Shown in pieces: positions 28,761-37,364 of a stretch of DNA of 64,000 nucleotides; the stretch's first letter is position 1, and each line of letters begins with the position of its first letter. A program made the translations under genes and the position numbers. The stretch is from Clostridiales bacterium. Its GTDB lineage: Bacteria; Bacillota; DSM-16504; Desulfitibacterales; JAICDB01. Below the pieces are notes generated by a model. The model worked only from the letters and a program-made list of their open reading frames with translations, searched no databases and was not told the DNA's origin. The stretch is from positions 65,393 to 129,392 of the forward strand of contig JAICDB010000009.1 of NCBI GenBank assembly GCA_020063565.1. Direction: 5' to 3'.

Positions 28761-29900
28761 ATGAATTTAAATAAAAGAACGCTAACTATTTTACTGGTTG
28801 TTGTATTTTTAATAGGAGTTGGGGTTGGGGGATATCTCTTTTATTCCCGCCCATCTATAGCCCAAACAGGTTTAGATGATGGTCAAGATGCCAGTGAAGT
28901 AATTTCTCATCCACAGACCGGGGGGCCTATTGACGTAGCTTCTATAGCCAAAAAGGTAAGTCCTGCAGTAGTTAAAATTGAAACTATCAGGACAGTTTCC
29001 GCAAGCCAGATGGATCCGTTTTTTAACGATCCCTTCTTCAGGGAATTTTTTGGAGGCAAACAGTTTGAGGTTCCCAGAAAAAGCAGCGGTTTAGGGTCCG
29101 GTTTCATTATTTCCAAAGAAGGGTATATCCTGACAAATCAGCATGTTGTTGATAATGCAGAAAAGATTACCGTAACTATGCAGGATAAAGAGGAACCAAT
29201 AGAAGCTAAAATAATAGGCCAGGATGAGCAACTCGATCTGGCAGTCTTAAAAATTCCCGAAGATAAAGATTTGCCTGTTTTAAAACTGGGAGACTCAGAA
29301 AAAGTAAATGTAGGCGATTGGGTAGTAGCAATAGGCAACCCCTACGGGTTGGACCACACAGTGACAGCAGGTGTGATAAGTGCTAAAGGACGTCCTCTAA
29401 CAATTGACGGTAAAGTGTTTAAGAATCTCCTGCAGACAGATGCTTCCATTAACCCTGGAAACAGTGGAGGACCCCTTTTAAATTTGAAAGGAGAAGTTAT
29501 AGGTATCAATACTGCAATAAATGCCAGAGCGCAGGGGATAGGATTTGCTATTCCAACAGAAACAGTTAAGGAAGTTTTAGACCAGTTAATTGAAAAGGGA
29601 GAGGTAATTCGCCCCTGGTTAGGCGTATATATCCAGGATGTTACCCCGGAATTACAGGAGTACTTTGGCCTATCCGAGCAGAAAGGCGCTGTTATAGCGA
29701 GTGTTCAGCCCGGAAGCCCTGCAGAAAAAGCCGGTTTACGACGTGGGGATGTGGTACTTGAATTTAACCGCCAGGAAATTAAAACTTCAGAAGACCTTGT
29801 GGAAAAAATTAAAAAGTGCGAAGTGGGACAAAAGGTAGTTCTCCTGGTCTTCAGGGATGGAGTTACCAAATATGTTACTGTTAAAATAGGCAAAAGTTAA
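28761..29900 (+). CDS. htrA: HtrA/DegP-family serine protease with PDZ domain, membrane anchored
   Basis: N-terminal TM. Catalytic GNSGGPL. C-terminal PDZ (GSPAEKAGLRRGDVV). Confidence 0.85.
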   Translation: MNLNKRTLTILLVVVFLIGVGVGGYLFYSRPSIAQTGLDDGQDASEVISHPQTGGPIDVASIAKKVSPAVVKIETIRTVSASQMDPFFNDPFFREFFGGKQFEVPRKSSGLGSGFIISKEGYILTNQHVVDNAEKITVTMQDKEEPIEAKIIGQDEQLDLAVLKIPEDKDLPVLKLGDSEKVNVGDWVVAIGNPYGLDHTVTAGVISAKGRPLTIDGKVFKNLLQTDASINPGNSGGPLLNLKGEVIGINTAINARAQGIGFAIPTETVKEVLDQLIEKGEVIRPWLGVYIQDVTPELQEYFGLSEQKGAVIASVQPGSPAEKAGLRRGDVVLEFNRQEIKTSEDLVEKIKKCEVGQKVVLLVFRDGVTKYVTVKIGKS

Positions 29901-29903
29901 AAC

Positions 29904-30042
29904 TGTGGATAACTCTGTGGACAAATGTGGATAACTCAAGTGTTTATGTGGAAAAAAGCTTCCTGACCGCAAGTCCTTACCCCTAAAATACTACTGGGGG
30001 TAGGGACTTTTGTCTTATTTTGTAGAATTTTGTTGTGGATAA
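29904..30042 (-). promoter_or_regulatory. Cluster of five co-oriented DnaA boxes (TTATCCACA on the minus strand)
   Basis: Plus-strand TGTGGATAA at 29904, 29926 and 30034 (perfect). TGTGGACAA at 29916 and TGTGGAAAA at 29947 (one mismatch each). Confidence 0.6.
29971..30014 (+). terminator. Rho-independent terminator of htrA
   Basis: AAGTCCTTACCCC ... GGGGTAGGGACTT 13-bp stem (one G.U pair), then TTTTG. Confidence 0.7.
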
Positions 30043-30094
30043 CTGTAAATTACATTTTTCTCTGAGAAAGCGAGCCCTTTCACTAATTGAAAAA

Positions 30095-30118
30095 TAGTAA
30101 TATTTTTAGAAATATTAC
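30095..30118. promoter_or_regulatory. Perfect AT-rich palindrome (10-bp arms, 4-nt spacer) upstream of the nuoE-like operon
   Basis: AGTAATATTT-TTAG-AAATATTACT. Followed by an extended -10-like TGTTATAAT near 30157..30165. Confidence 0.4.
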
Positions 30119-30204
30119 TAAAATATTAACTCTTAATAGAGAAAGTTATATTCATATGTTATAATACAACTTGTATCAAAGTAGTTTCGTTTTATATAGA
30201 TGAG

Positions 30205-30231
30205 TGTTCGAAAAGCAGCGCTTTTCGAACA
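30205..30231 (+). repeat. Hairpin-only (core-less) copy E1 of the TGTTCGAAAAG/CTTTTCGAACA repeat family
   Basis: TGTTCGAAAAGC-AGC-GCTTTTCGAACA, a 12-bp perfect stem. The flanks (GAG- / -TCCTTTTGAAGA) match the flanks of the long copies. Confidence 0.8.
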
Positions 30232-30266
30232 TCCTTTTGAAGAATATTAGCAAGGGAGAGGGGATA

Positions 30267-30821
30267 ATGGCATTAAAACTGGAACTTGATGTTCAAATGC
30301 AGGAAAAGATCGATAATATAGTGCACCGTCATTGGACAAAGCGTGGCGCTGCTATACCAATTCTTCAAAACATTCAAAACGAATTTGGCTATGTGCCTAA
30401 GGAGTCATTGCCCAGAGTTACTGAACTAACAGGAATTCCCGCCAGTGATTTATTTAGCATTATTACTTTCTACTCCCAGTTTCGTCTCCAACCCATCGGC
30501 GAAAACCTTATTCAGGTTTGCCATGGAACGGCATGCCATTTAGCTGGGGCTGAAGAAATCACTGATGCTTTACTGCGGGCCGCAAACATTAAAGAAGGTA
30601 ATACCAGCCCTGATGGAAAGTTTACCGTGGAAAAGGTAGCTTGTTTAGGGTGCTGCAGCTTGGCACCTGTTATAAATATTAATGGTGAAACCTTCGGACG
30701 TTTAACTCCTGAAAAGGCAACCAAGCTTGTTAAAAGCGGGGATTTTCCCCAAAAAGTAAGGGACGAGCAACCGGAAGGAAAAAGTCAATGTCAATGCCAA
30801 TGCGGATGTGGGGGTGACTAA
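30267..30821 (+). CDS. NuoE/HydC-like thioredoxin-fold [2Fe-2S] subunit
   Basis: CHGTACHL...CLGCCSLAPV motif. ATG 30267 has an AGGGAGAGGGG RBS; the upstream part of the track ORF runs through repeat E1. Unusual tail CQCQCGCGGD. Confidence 0.8.
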   Translation: MALKLELDVQMQEKIDNIVHRHWTKRGAAIPILQNIQNEFGYVPKESLPRVTELTGIPASDLFSIITFYSQFRLQPIGENLIQVCHGTACHLAGAEEITDALLRAANIKEGNTSPDGKFTVEKVACLGCCSLAPVININGETFGRLTPEKATKLVKSGDFPQKVRDEQPEGKSQCQCQCGCGGD

Positions 30822-30823
30822 AA

Positions 30824-32647
30824 ATGAGTGGCAAAAAAATTGTTAAAGTAGGATTGGCAAGTTGCGGAATTGCAGCCGGTGCTCAAAAAATTTACGACTA
30901 TTTACAAAATAACCTCAATAAAGATAAGGCAAAACTTTATAAAACCGGTTGTATAGGTATGTGCTTCCATGAACCTCTGGTGGAGGTTAAGGATGAAAAG
31001 GGAATATTTTTGTATGGTGACGTAGATGAAAAGAAAATTGAGCAAATAATTACGGAGCATATTGAAGGCGACCGGCCAATTTTGGATTGGGTAGTATACT
31101 CTGATACAGAAGCATTGGGAGATAGTGACTATTTGACAAAACAACACCGCATACTTTTAAGAAACAGCGGTGTGATTGATCCCGAGAGTATCGACAGCTA
31201 CCTTCAAGCAGGAGGATATGAAGGTTTCAAAAAAGCTGTTACAACCATGACTCCTGAAGAAGTTATTGCAGAAGTTGAAAAATCAGGTTTAAGGGGTCGC
31301 GGTGGTGCAGGTTTCCCCACTTATCTGAAGTGGAAGTTTACAAGGGAAGCGAATAGCACCCCGAAATATGTGGTCTGTAATGCCGACGAAGGTGACCCCG
31401 GAGCTTTTATGGACAGAAGTGTGCTGGAAGGCGATCCCCATAGTCTTTTAGAGGGTATGGCAATAGCAGCTTATGCAATTGGAGCAGATACAGGTTATAT
31501 TTATATCCGTGCCGAGTATCCTCTGGCAGTTAAGCGTTTAAGAATAGCCATCCGGCAGGCTGAAGAAAAAGGGTACTTAGGGAAAAATATCCAGGGTACC
31601 GGCTTTGATTTCAATATAGAAATTCGTGAAGGTGCAGGAGCGTTTGTTTGCGGTGAGGAAACCGCATTAATTGCCAGTATTGAAGGCCAGAGGGGTATGC
31701 CGCGTTTCAAGCCTCCTTTCCCTGCACAAAAGGGCCTTTGGCAACAACCCACCTGTATCAATAACGTTGAGACTCTTGCTAACGTAGCAAGGATATTCTC
31801 CGATGGCGCCGAAGCTTACAGTAAGTGTGGAACTGAAAAAAGCAAAGGAACCAAAGTTTTTGCACTTGCCGGTAAAGTAAAACGCGGTGGCCTTATCGAA
31901 GTACCGATGGGAATCAGTATTAGAGATATTGTCTTTGATATCGGTGGAGGAATTTCGTCCGGTAAACCTTTTAAAGCTGTTCAGACCGGTGGACCTTCAG
32001 GTGGATGTATACCTGCCGATATGCAGGACACTTCAGTAGACTACGAATCATTGAAAGAAATTGGCGCCATTATGGGTTCAGGCGGTCTTTTAGTAATGGA
32101 TGAAGATACCTGTATGGTTGATGTTGCGCGTTTCTTCCTGAGATTTACTACTGAAGAATCATGCGGTAAGTGTACCTTCTGCAGGATTGGAACCAAGCAA
32201 ATGCTTGATATATTGGATAGAATTTGCCAGGGCGAAGGACAACCTGAAGACATCGACAGGTTGGAAAAGCTGGGTAAAAACATTATCAAGGGATCTCTGT
32301 GTGGACTTGGCCAGACTGCTCCAAACCCGGTACTTACAACTATCAAGTATTTCCGGGATGAATATGAAGCTCATGTCCATGAAAAGAGATGTCCCGCCAA
32401 GAAGTGTAAGGACCTTATTAGCTATAGAGTTATCGAGGATAACTGTAAGGGATGCGGGCTCTGTAAGAAGCAGTGCCCTGCCGCAGCCATTACAGGTGAC
32501 AAGAAAGAACCCCATGTTATTGACGAAGAAGCCTGCATCAGGTGCGGTTTATGTATCAGCGCCTGCAAGTTTGATGCAATTGAAGTTGTTTCGGAAGGTA
32601 AAACAAATGCTGTAAAAGAGACTGCAGCCAGCGGGGGGAGGGAATAG
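30824..32647 (+). CDS. NuoF/HydB-like NAD(H)-binding FMN/Fe-S subunit with extra N- and C-terminal Fe-S domains
   Basis: GLRGRGGAGFPT (FMN/NADH site). SCGKCTFCR N3 cluster. C-terminal 2x[4Fe-4S] CKGCGLCKKQCP / CIRCGLCISAC. Confidence 0.85.
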   Translation: MSGKKIVKVGLASCGIAAGAQKIYDYLQNNLNKDKAKLYKTGCIGMCFHEPLVEVKDEKGIFLYGDVDEKKIEQIITEHIEGDRPILDWVVYSDTEALGDSDYLTKQHRILLRNSGVIDPESIDSYLQAGGYEGFKKAVTTMTPEEVIAEVEKSGLRGRGGAGFPTYLKWKFTREANSTPKYVVCNADEGDPGAFMDRSVLEGDPHSLLEGMAIAAYAIGADTGYIYIRAEYPLAVKRLRIAIRQAEEKGYLGKNIQGTGFDFNIEIREGAGAFVCGEETALIASIEGQRGMPRFKPPFPAQKGLWQQPTCINNVETLANVARIFSDGAEAYSKCGTEKSKGTKVFALAGKVKRGGLIEVPMGISIRDIVFDIGGGISSGKPFKAVQTGGPSGGCIPADMQDTSVDYESLKEIGAIMGSGGLLVMDEDTCMVDVARFFLRFTTEESCGKCTFCRIGTKQMLDILDRICQGEGQPEDIDRLEKLGKNIIKGSLCGLGQTAPNPVLTTIKYFRDEYEAHVHEKRCPAKKCKDLISYRVIEDNCKGCGLCKKQCPAAAITGDKKEPHVIDEEACIRCGLCISACKFDAIEVVSEGKTNAVKETAASGGRE

Positions 32648-32649
32648 AT

Positions 32650-34737
32650 ATGGAACAAGTGAAGCTGACAATTGACGGTAAAGAAATAGCGGTTGCAAAA
32701 GGTACAAAAGTGATAGAAGCAGCTAGAAAAGCAGGTATCGATATCCCAAGCCTGTGTTATGACCCGAGAATTGAACCATTTGGAGCCTGTCGTCTCTGTT
32801 TTGTTGAAGTTGAAGGCGCTCCAAAACTTTTAACCGCCTGCTCAACTGAAGTTAGTGACGGCATGGTGGTAACTACCGATACCGAGGCTCTGGCTGAAAT
32901 CAGAAAGAGCGCCCTGGAACTGCTCCTGTCCAATCACTATGGTGACTGTATAGCTCCTTGCCAACTGGCATGCCCTGCCCAAATTGATATTCAAGGCTTC
33001 ATTGCCTATATAGCTAACGGCGAATATATTGAAGCTTCAAAGTTAATTAAAGAACAGCTTCCTTTACCGGCCTCCGTAGGGCGAGTTTGTCCTCGTTTCT
33101 GTGAAGAGGCATGCCGGAGAAATTTAGTTGATGAGCCTCTGGCTATCTGTACGCTGAAGCGCTATGCAGGAGACCAGGATTTGGCTTCCGACAAACCGTA
33201 TATACCGGAAGTAAAGCCTGAAACAGGTAAAAAGGTAGCTGTAATCGGTGGCGGACCTGCAGGTCTCACGGCTGCTTACTATCTCCGCCTGGAAGGTCAC
33301 AAGGTTACAATCTTTGAGGCTGAAGCAAAGCTTGGAGGTATGATGCGCTATGGTATCCCCGAGTATAGACTGCCTAAGAAGATTCTTGATGAGGAAATCC
33401 AGCGTATTTTAGATCTTGGTGTTGAAGCAAAATTTGGCATAAAAATGGGCAGAGACTTTACCATAGACAGCTTAAGAAAAGACGGCTTTGATGCTATCTT
33501 TATAGGTATCGGCTGCCAGAAAGATACACAGGTGAGGCTGGAAGGAAGAGAAGCTCCCGGCGTATTTTCAGGAATTGAGTTCTTGAGGGAAGTAGCTTAC
33601 GGCAGAAAAGTAGACCTCGGTGACAGAGTAGTTGTGGTGGGCGGAGGAAATACCGCCATGGATGCTGCAAGAACAGCAGTAAGACTGGGAGTTAAAGAAG
33701 TTACCGTAGTTTACAGGAGGACGGAAAAAGAAATGCCTGCTGATCCAAGGGAAGTAAAAGAGGCCAAGGAAGAAGGAGTTATCTTCCGGTTCCTGACCAA
33801 TCCCAAGAGCATCAAATCCGACTCCCGGGTAAATGCCGTAGAATGTATCAGGATGGAATTAGGCGAACCTGATGAAAGCGGCAGACGTCGTCCTGTTCCA
33901 ATAGAAAACTCAGAATTTGATATTGCCGCAGATTCAGTGATTCTGGCAATTGGTCAGGGTGTAGATACTGCAAGTTTCGAAGGTAGCGAAGCCCTTGAAA
34001 CAAATCGCTGGGACTGCGTAGCTACGGATGAAGATACGTTGAGTACCTCTCTTGAAGGCGTATTTGCAGCCGGTGACTGTGTACTTGGTGCAAGTACGGT
34101 TGTAGAGGCAGTAGGCCAGGGTAAGATTGCTGCTACTTCAATCAATAAATACCTCAAGGGTGAACCTGTTGTAGCAGATGTGAAGCCTTATAACTGCAGC
34201 AAAGGTAAACTTGATGAAATTGACCCTGAAGAGTTCAGTCATATTGAAAAGGCAGAACGTAAACACCAGCCTGCCCTTACGGTAGATGAAAGAAAAGACA
34301 ACTTCAAGGAGTTTGAGCTTGGCTTTACTGAGGAGTTGGCACAAAAAGAAGCTAACAGATGCTTGTCCTGCGGTTGTCTGAGTGTCTTTGATTGCCGCCT
34401 GAGAGAACTGGCAACGAGGTATGGTGTGAAAGACGAGGAGTTAATGAAGATTGATTATAAACACCCGATAATTGATGATCATGACCTTATACAGCGTGAT
34501 CCTAATAAATGTGTACTTTGCGGTAACTGTATCAGAATATGTAAAGAAGTAAAGGGAATCAGTGCTTTAGGATTTGTTAACAGGGGACTTGAGACAGTTG
34601 TCGAGCCGGCTCTCGGATTACCTTTAAAGGAAACCGATTGTGAAGAGGGATGCACAGAGTGTGTATCTGCTTGTCCAACCGGCGCTTTAACTATTAAGGT
34701 ATCTTTGCCAAAACCCGGGCCGTGGAAAAAGAAATAG
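32650..34737 (+). CDS. Chimeric subunit: NuoG/HydA-type N-terminal [2Fe-2S], GltD/NfnB-type NAD(P)H-FAD module, NuoG-type C-terminal [4Fe-4S] domains
   Basis: CYDP..GACRLCFVEV. GRVCPRFCEEACRR. GGGPAGLTAAYYL and VVVGGGNTAMDAART dinucleotide folds. CVLCGNCIRICKEV, CTECVSACPTGAL. Confidence 0.75.
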   Translation: MEQVKLTIDGKEIAVAKGTKVIEAARKAGIDIPSLCYDPRIEPFGACRLCFVEVEGAPKLLTACSTEVSDGMVVTTDTEALAEIRKSALELLLSNHYGDCIAPCQLACPAQIDIQGFIAYIANGEYIEASKLIKEQLPLPASVGRVCPRFCEEACRRNLVDEPLAICTLKRYAGDQDLASDKPYIPEVKPETGKKVAVIGGGPAGLTAAYYLRLEGHKVTIFEAEAKLGGMMRYGIPEYRLPKKILDEEIQRILDLGVEAKFGIKMGRDFTIDSLRKDGFDAIFIGIGCQKDTQVRLEGREAPGVFSGIEFLREVAYGRKVDLGDRVVVVGGGNTAMDAARTAVRLGVKEVTVVYRRTEKEMPADPREVKEAKEEGVIFRFLTNPKSIKSDSRVNAVECIRMELGEPDESGRRRPVPIENSEFDIAADSVILAIGQGVDTASFEGSEALETNRWDCVATDEDTLSTSLEGVFAAGDCVLGASTVVEAVGQGKIAATSINKYLKGEPVVADVKPYNCSKGKLDEIDPEEFSHIEKAERKHQPALTVDERKDNFKEFELGFTEELAQKEANRCLSCGCLSVFDCRLRELATRYGVKDEELMKIDYKHPIIDDHDLIQRDPNKCVLCGNCIRICKEVKGISALGFVNRGLETVVEPALGLPLKETDCEEGCTECVSACPTGALTIKVSLPKPGPWKKK

Positions 34738-34757
34738 AAAAATTATCTTAAATATAC

Positions 34758-34787
34758 AAAAGGTGCCGAGCATCCCGGCACCTTTTT
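34758..34787. terminator. Bidirectional terminator
   Basis: AAAAGGTGCCG-7 nt-CGGCACCTTTT. Confidence 0.8.
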
Positions 34788-34790
34788 ACT

Positions 34791-35261
34791 TTAATCCGCA
34801 TAAATATTGATGTCTTCAATAAACTTAAGATAGGCCCAGGTTGCCAAAGAATTCCATGAAATATAGATTAAAAATGGAATAAAAATTTTGCCATAATTCC
34901 ATTCAAAAATTCCCAGGTTAGAGAGAACATTAGAAAATATTACGCTATAAGATGCTGCCGTTACTGTAAAAATATAATTCCAGGGTGGTTGTTTTGGCAG
35001 AAAATAAAAATATATTATGTAATATACAGTCCAGGCAATTAACGGCAAAAAAGGCATTCCTAAAAGAGCCAACGGCCCGTAATTAAGGTATCCCCCTACG
35101 TCAAGAAGATGGGTAAACAAAATAATTGCAAAGGCATCCACCACTGCTCCAAAGAGTATACCCCAGAAGGCCAGTCTTCTAATTTCCTTTCTGGGTACGA
35201 CGAGTATGAGGATTAAAGCTAATAGTCCAGTATATATTAAGTAAATATAATATTTCGGCAT
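34791..35261 (-). CDS. Hypothetical polytopic membrane protein
   Basis: 156 aa, about 5 predicted TM helices. No family recognised. Confidence 0.5.
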   Translation of the reverse strand: MPKYYIYLIYTGLLALILILVVPRKEIRRLAFWGILFGAVVDAFAIILFTHLLDVGGYLNYGPLALLGMPFLPLIAWTVYYIIYFYFLPKQPPWNYIFTVTAASYSVIFSNVLSNLGIFEWNYGKIFIPFLIYISWNSLATWAYLKFIEDINIYAD

Positions 35262-35306
35262 TTAAAAAATCACCTCTTTTCTTATGATGCTATATTGAGG
35301 TGATTT

Positions 35307-36302
35307 CTATACTAGTCGTTTTTTGGCAATAATTTTTTTAAGTTCTCCCGGTAGAGCGCAATTAAATGTCCTTCCTGTAAGATGTTTCAGGATGCCTGTG
35401 CACTCCCCAAAACTCAAGGAATGGGCATGTAAAAACTGCCGTTTTAACCCGTATTTTTTTCTCAAGTAATCATTCCAGGTACTGTCACCGTATTTGGGAT
35501 CTCCGGCCAGGGGATGTTTTATACTCTGCAGGTGAGCCCTGATTTGGTGCGGCCTGCCCGTAACCAACTCCATTTCTAACAGCGTATATGCCGGGTATGA
35601 CTTAATTGCCTTGTATCTTGTTACAATTTCCCTGGCTTTGATTTTTTTAGTACCCTGTGACAGTTGGCTGACAGATACTTTGTTGGTTTGGGGGTCTTTT
35701 TGTAGATAACCTCTTATTTCACCCGTACCAGGCAAGGAACCTTTAACCAGTGCCAGGTAAAGCTTTTGGATTTTATCCTTTCTCATCAACTCATTTAAAA
35801 TTTGCAGGCTCTTGTAGTTTTTGGCAAAGAGAACCATTCCGCTTGTATTCAAATCAAGCCTGTTCACACTGGCGGGGGAAAAAGTAACTTCTTCTCTGGG
35901 GTCATACTCTCCTTTATCATATAAATATTTTGCGGCCATATCTACAAGTGTATTGGTATGATGCTTCTGATCAGGGTGCACTATTACTCCCGCAGGTTTA
36001 TTTACTATCAAAATATTGCTATCCTCATAAATTACGGTAAAGTTTGGAACAATATCCTTATTTACGGTGGTCTTTTTTCCGGTGAGTTCACTTAGGGTGT
36101 CTACATTTAACCTGAATTCAACAATATCCCCAATTTGTAACAGGTAATTTTCCCTGGTTTTTTTACCGTTTACCCTGATAATTTTTTTGCGCAGCATTTT
36201 AAAGATATTTCCTCGGGAAGAGTTGTGAAGATATTTTTTTAAAAACCGATCACATCTTTGACCTGCTTCGTTTTCACCAATTTTTATTTTATGAAATTCC
36301 AT
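35307..36302 (-). CDS. RluA/RluD-family 23S rRNA pseudouridine synthase with S4 domain
   Basis: HRLDLNTSG-type catalytic-Asp region (NRLDLNTSGMV) and GRPHQIRAHL motif. Confidence 0.85.
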   Translation of the reverse strand: MEFHKIKIGENEAGQRCDRFLKKYLHNSSRGNIFKMLRKKIIRVNGKKTRENYLLQIGDIVEFRLNVDTLSELTGKKTTVNKDIVPNFTVIYEDSNILIVNKPAGVIVHPDQKHHTNTLVDMAAKYLYDKGEYDPREEVTFSPASVNRLDLNTSGMVLFAKNYKSLQILNELMRKDKIQKLYLALVKGSLPGTGEIRGYLQKDPQTNKVSVSQLSQGTKKIKAREIVTRYKAIKSYPAYTLLEMELVTGRPHQIRAHLQSIKHPLAGDPKYGDSTWNDYLRKKYGLKRQFLHAHSLSFGECTGILKHLTGRTFNCALPGELKKIIAKKRLV

Positions 36303-36417
36303 AGTATCAACCTATCTAGCATTTTTTATCATAAAACCAGCTATTAGGAGTTTTGTCAAGAGGTTTTTGTTTTCCTCCGGCGAAATAAAAACTAAGTAAT
36401 GATAGGAGGTATCGTTT

Positions 36418-37230
36418 ATGGATTATAAACTGGCAGTTATCCAGCATAAGGTCGGGTTTGACAAAAAGGAAAACATGGAAAGGGCAGCCAGGGGAATACG
36501 GGAAGGAGTGGAAAAGGGGGCACAAATTGTAGTTCTTCCGGAAATGTTTAACTGTCCCTATGCTAATGATTATTTTCCCGAGTATGCTGAAAGCTATCCC
36601 CGGGGGGAGACATACCGCTTCTTACAAAGACAGGCTACAGAGCACGGGATTTACCTGGTGGGAGGTTCGGTTCCCGAAAAGGAAGGTGAAAGCTTATATA
36701 ATACGAGTTTTGTTTTTGGACCGGATGGTTCTTTACTCGGTAGGCACCGTAAAATGCATCTTTTCGATATAAATGTCCCGGGAAAAATTTACTTTAAAGA
36801 GTCGGATACACTTTCGCCCGGAGAGAAAATAACATTAATAGATACCGAGTTTGGCAAAATTGGTGTTGCCATCTGTTATGATGTGCGTTTTCCGGAAATG
36901 TTCAGAGTAATGGCTCTGAAAGGTGTCAGGCTGGTTGTAATACCTGGCGCATTTAATATGACCACGGGACCTGCCCACTGGGAGTTATTATTAAGGGCAA
37001 GGGCTGTCGATAATCAAATCTATGTTGCGGCAGCATCACCCAGTAGAGATACTGCAGGAGTATATACCGCCTGGGGACATTCAATGATTGTAGACCCCTG
37101 GGGTGAAGTAGTGGTGGAGGCAGGCAGTGGTGAAGAAGTTCTGGTTGCTGACATTGAATCTGCACAGATAGAAAGAGTACGCCAGCGATTGCCGGTGTAT
37201 AAACATTTAAAACAGGAGTTGTATAAGTAA
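36418..37230 (+). CDS. Carbon-nitrogen hydrolase (Nit/omega-amidase family)
   Basis: E-K-C triad context: VLPEMF, HRKMHLFD, AICYDVRFPE. Confidence 0.85.
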   Translation: MDYKLAVIQHKVGFDKKENMERAARGIREGVEKGAQIVVLPEMFNCPYANDYFPEYAESYPRGETYRFLQRQATEHGIYLVGGSVPEKEGESLYNTSFVFGPDGSLLGRHRKMHLFDINVPGKIYFKESDTLSPGEKITLIDTEFGKIGVAICYDVRFPEMFRVMALKGVRLVVIPGAFNMTTGPAHWELLLRARAVDNQIYVAAASPSRDTAGVYTAWGHSMIVDPWGEVVVEAGSGEEVLVADIESAQIERVRQRLPVYKHLKQELYK

Positions 37231-37240
37231 GAGTACTCAC

Positions 37241-37275
37241 CTACCCCATTCTTTAAAAAGAGTGGGGTGGTTTTT
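37241..37275 (+). terminator. Rho-independent terminator
   Basis: CTACCCCA ... TGGGGTGG stem, then T5. Confidence 0.6.
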
Positions 37276-37285
37276 GACAAAATAT

Positions 37286-37301
37286 TGTGATTGCCATCAC
37301 A
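37286..37301. promoter_or_regulatory. Perfect TGTGA-N6-TCACA palindrome (Crp/Fnr-family or Rex-type operator candidate)
   Basis: TGTGATTGCCATCACA, 7 nt downstream of a TTGACA hexamer (37274..37279) and 64 nt upstream of the ferredoxin-like gene start. Confidence 0.5.
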
Positions 37302-37364
37302 GTAAATATCCCACACACGATTTATAATATAACCAACAAATGATACAGAAAGGGGAATAATACA

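Noticed and set aside
29904-30118. Interpretation of the DnaA-box cluster as the chromosomal origin (oriC)
   Set aside because: No dnaA, dnaN, rpmH or gidA-type neighbours are present. All boxes share one orientation, most sit inside the htrA 3' UTR, and no obvious 13-mer/27-mer DUE repeats are visible. I kept it as a non-origin DnaA-box cluster, pending GC-skew analysis.
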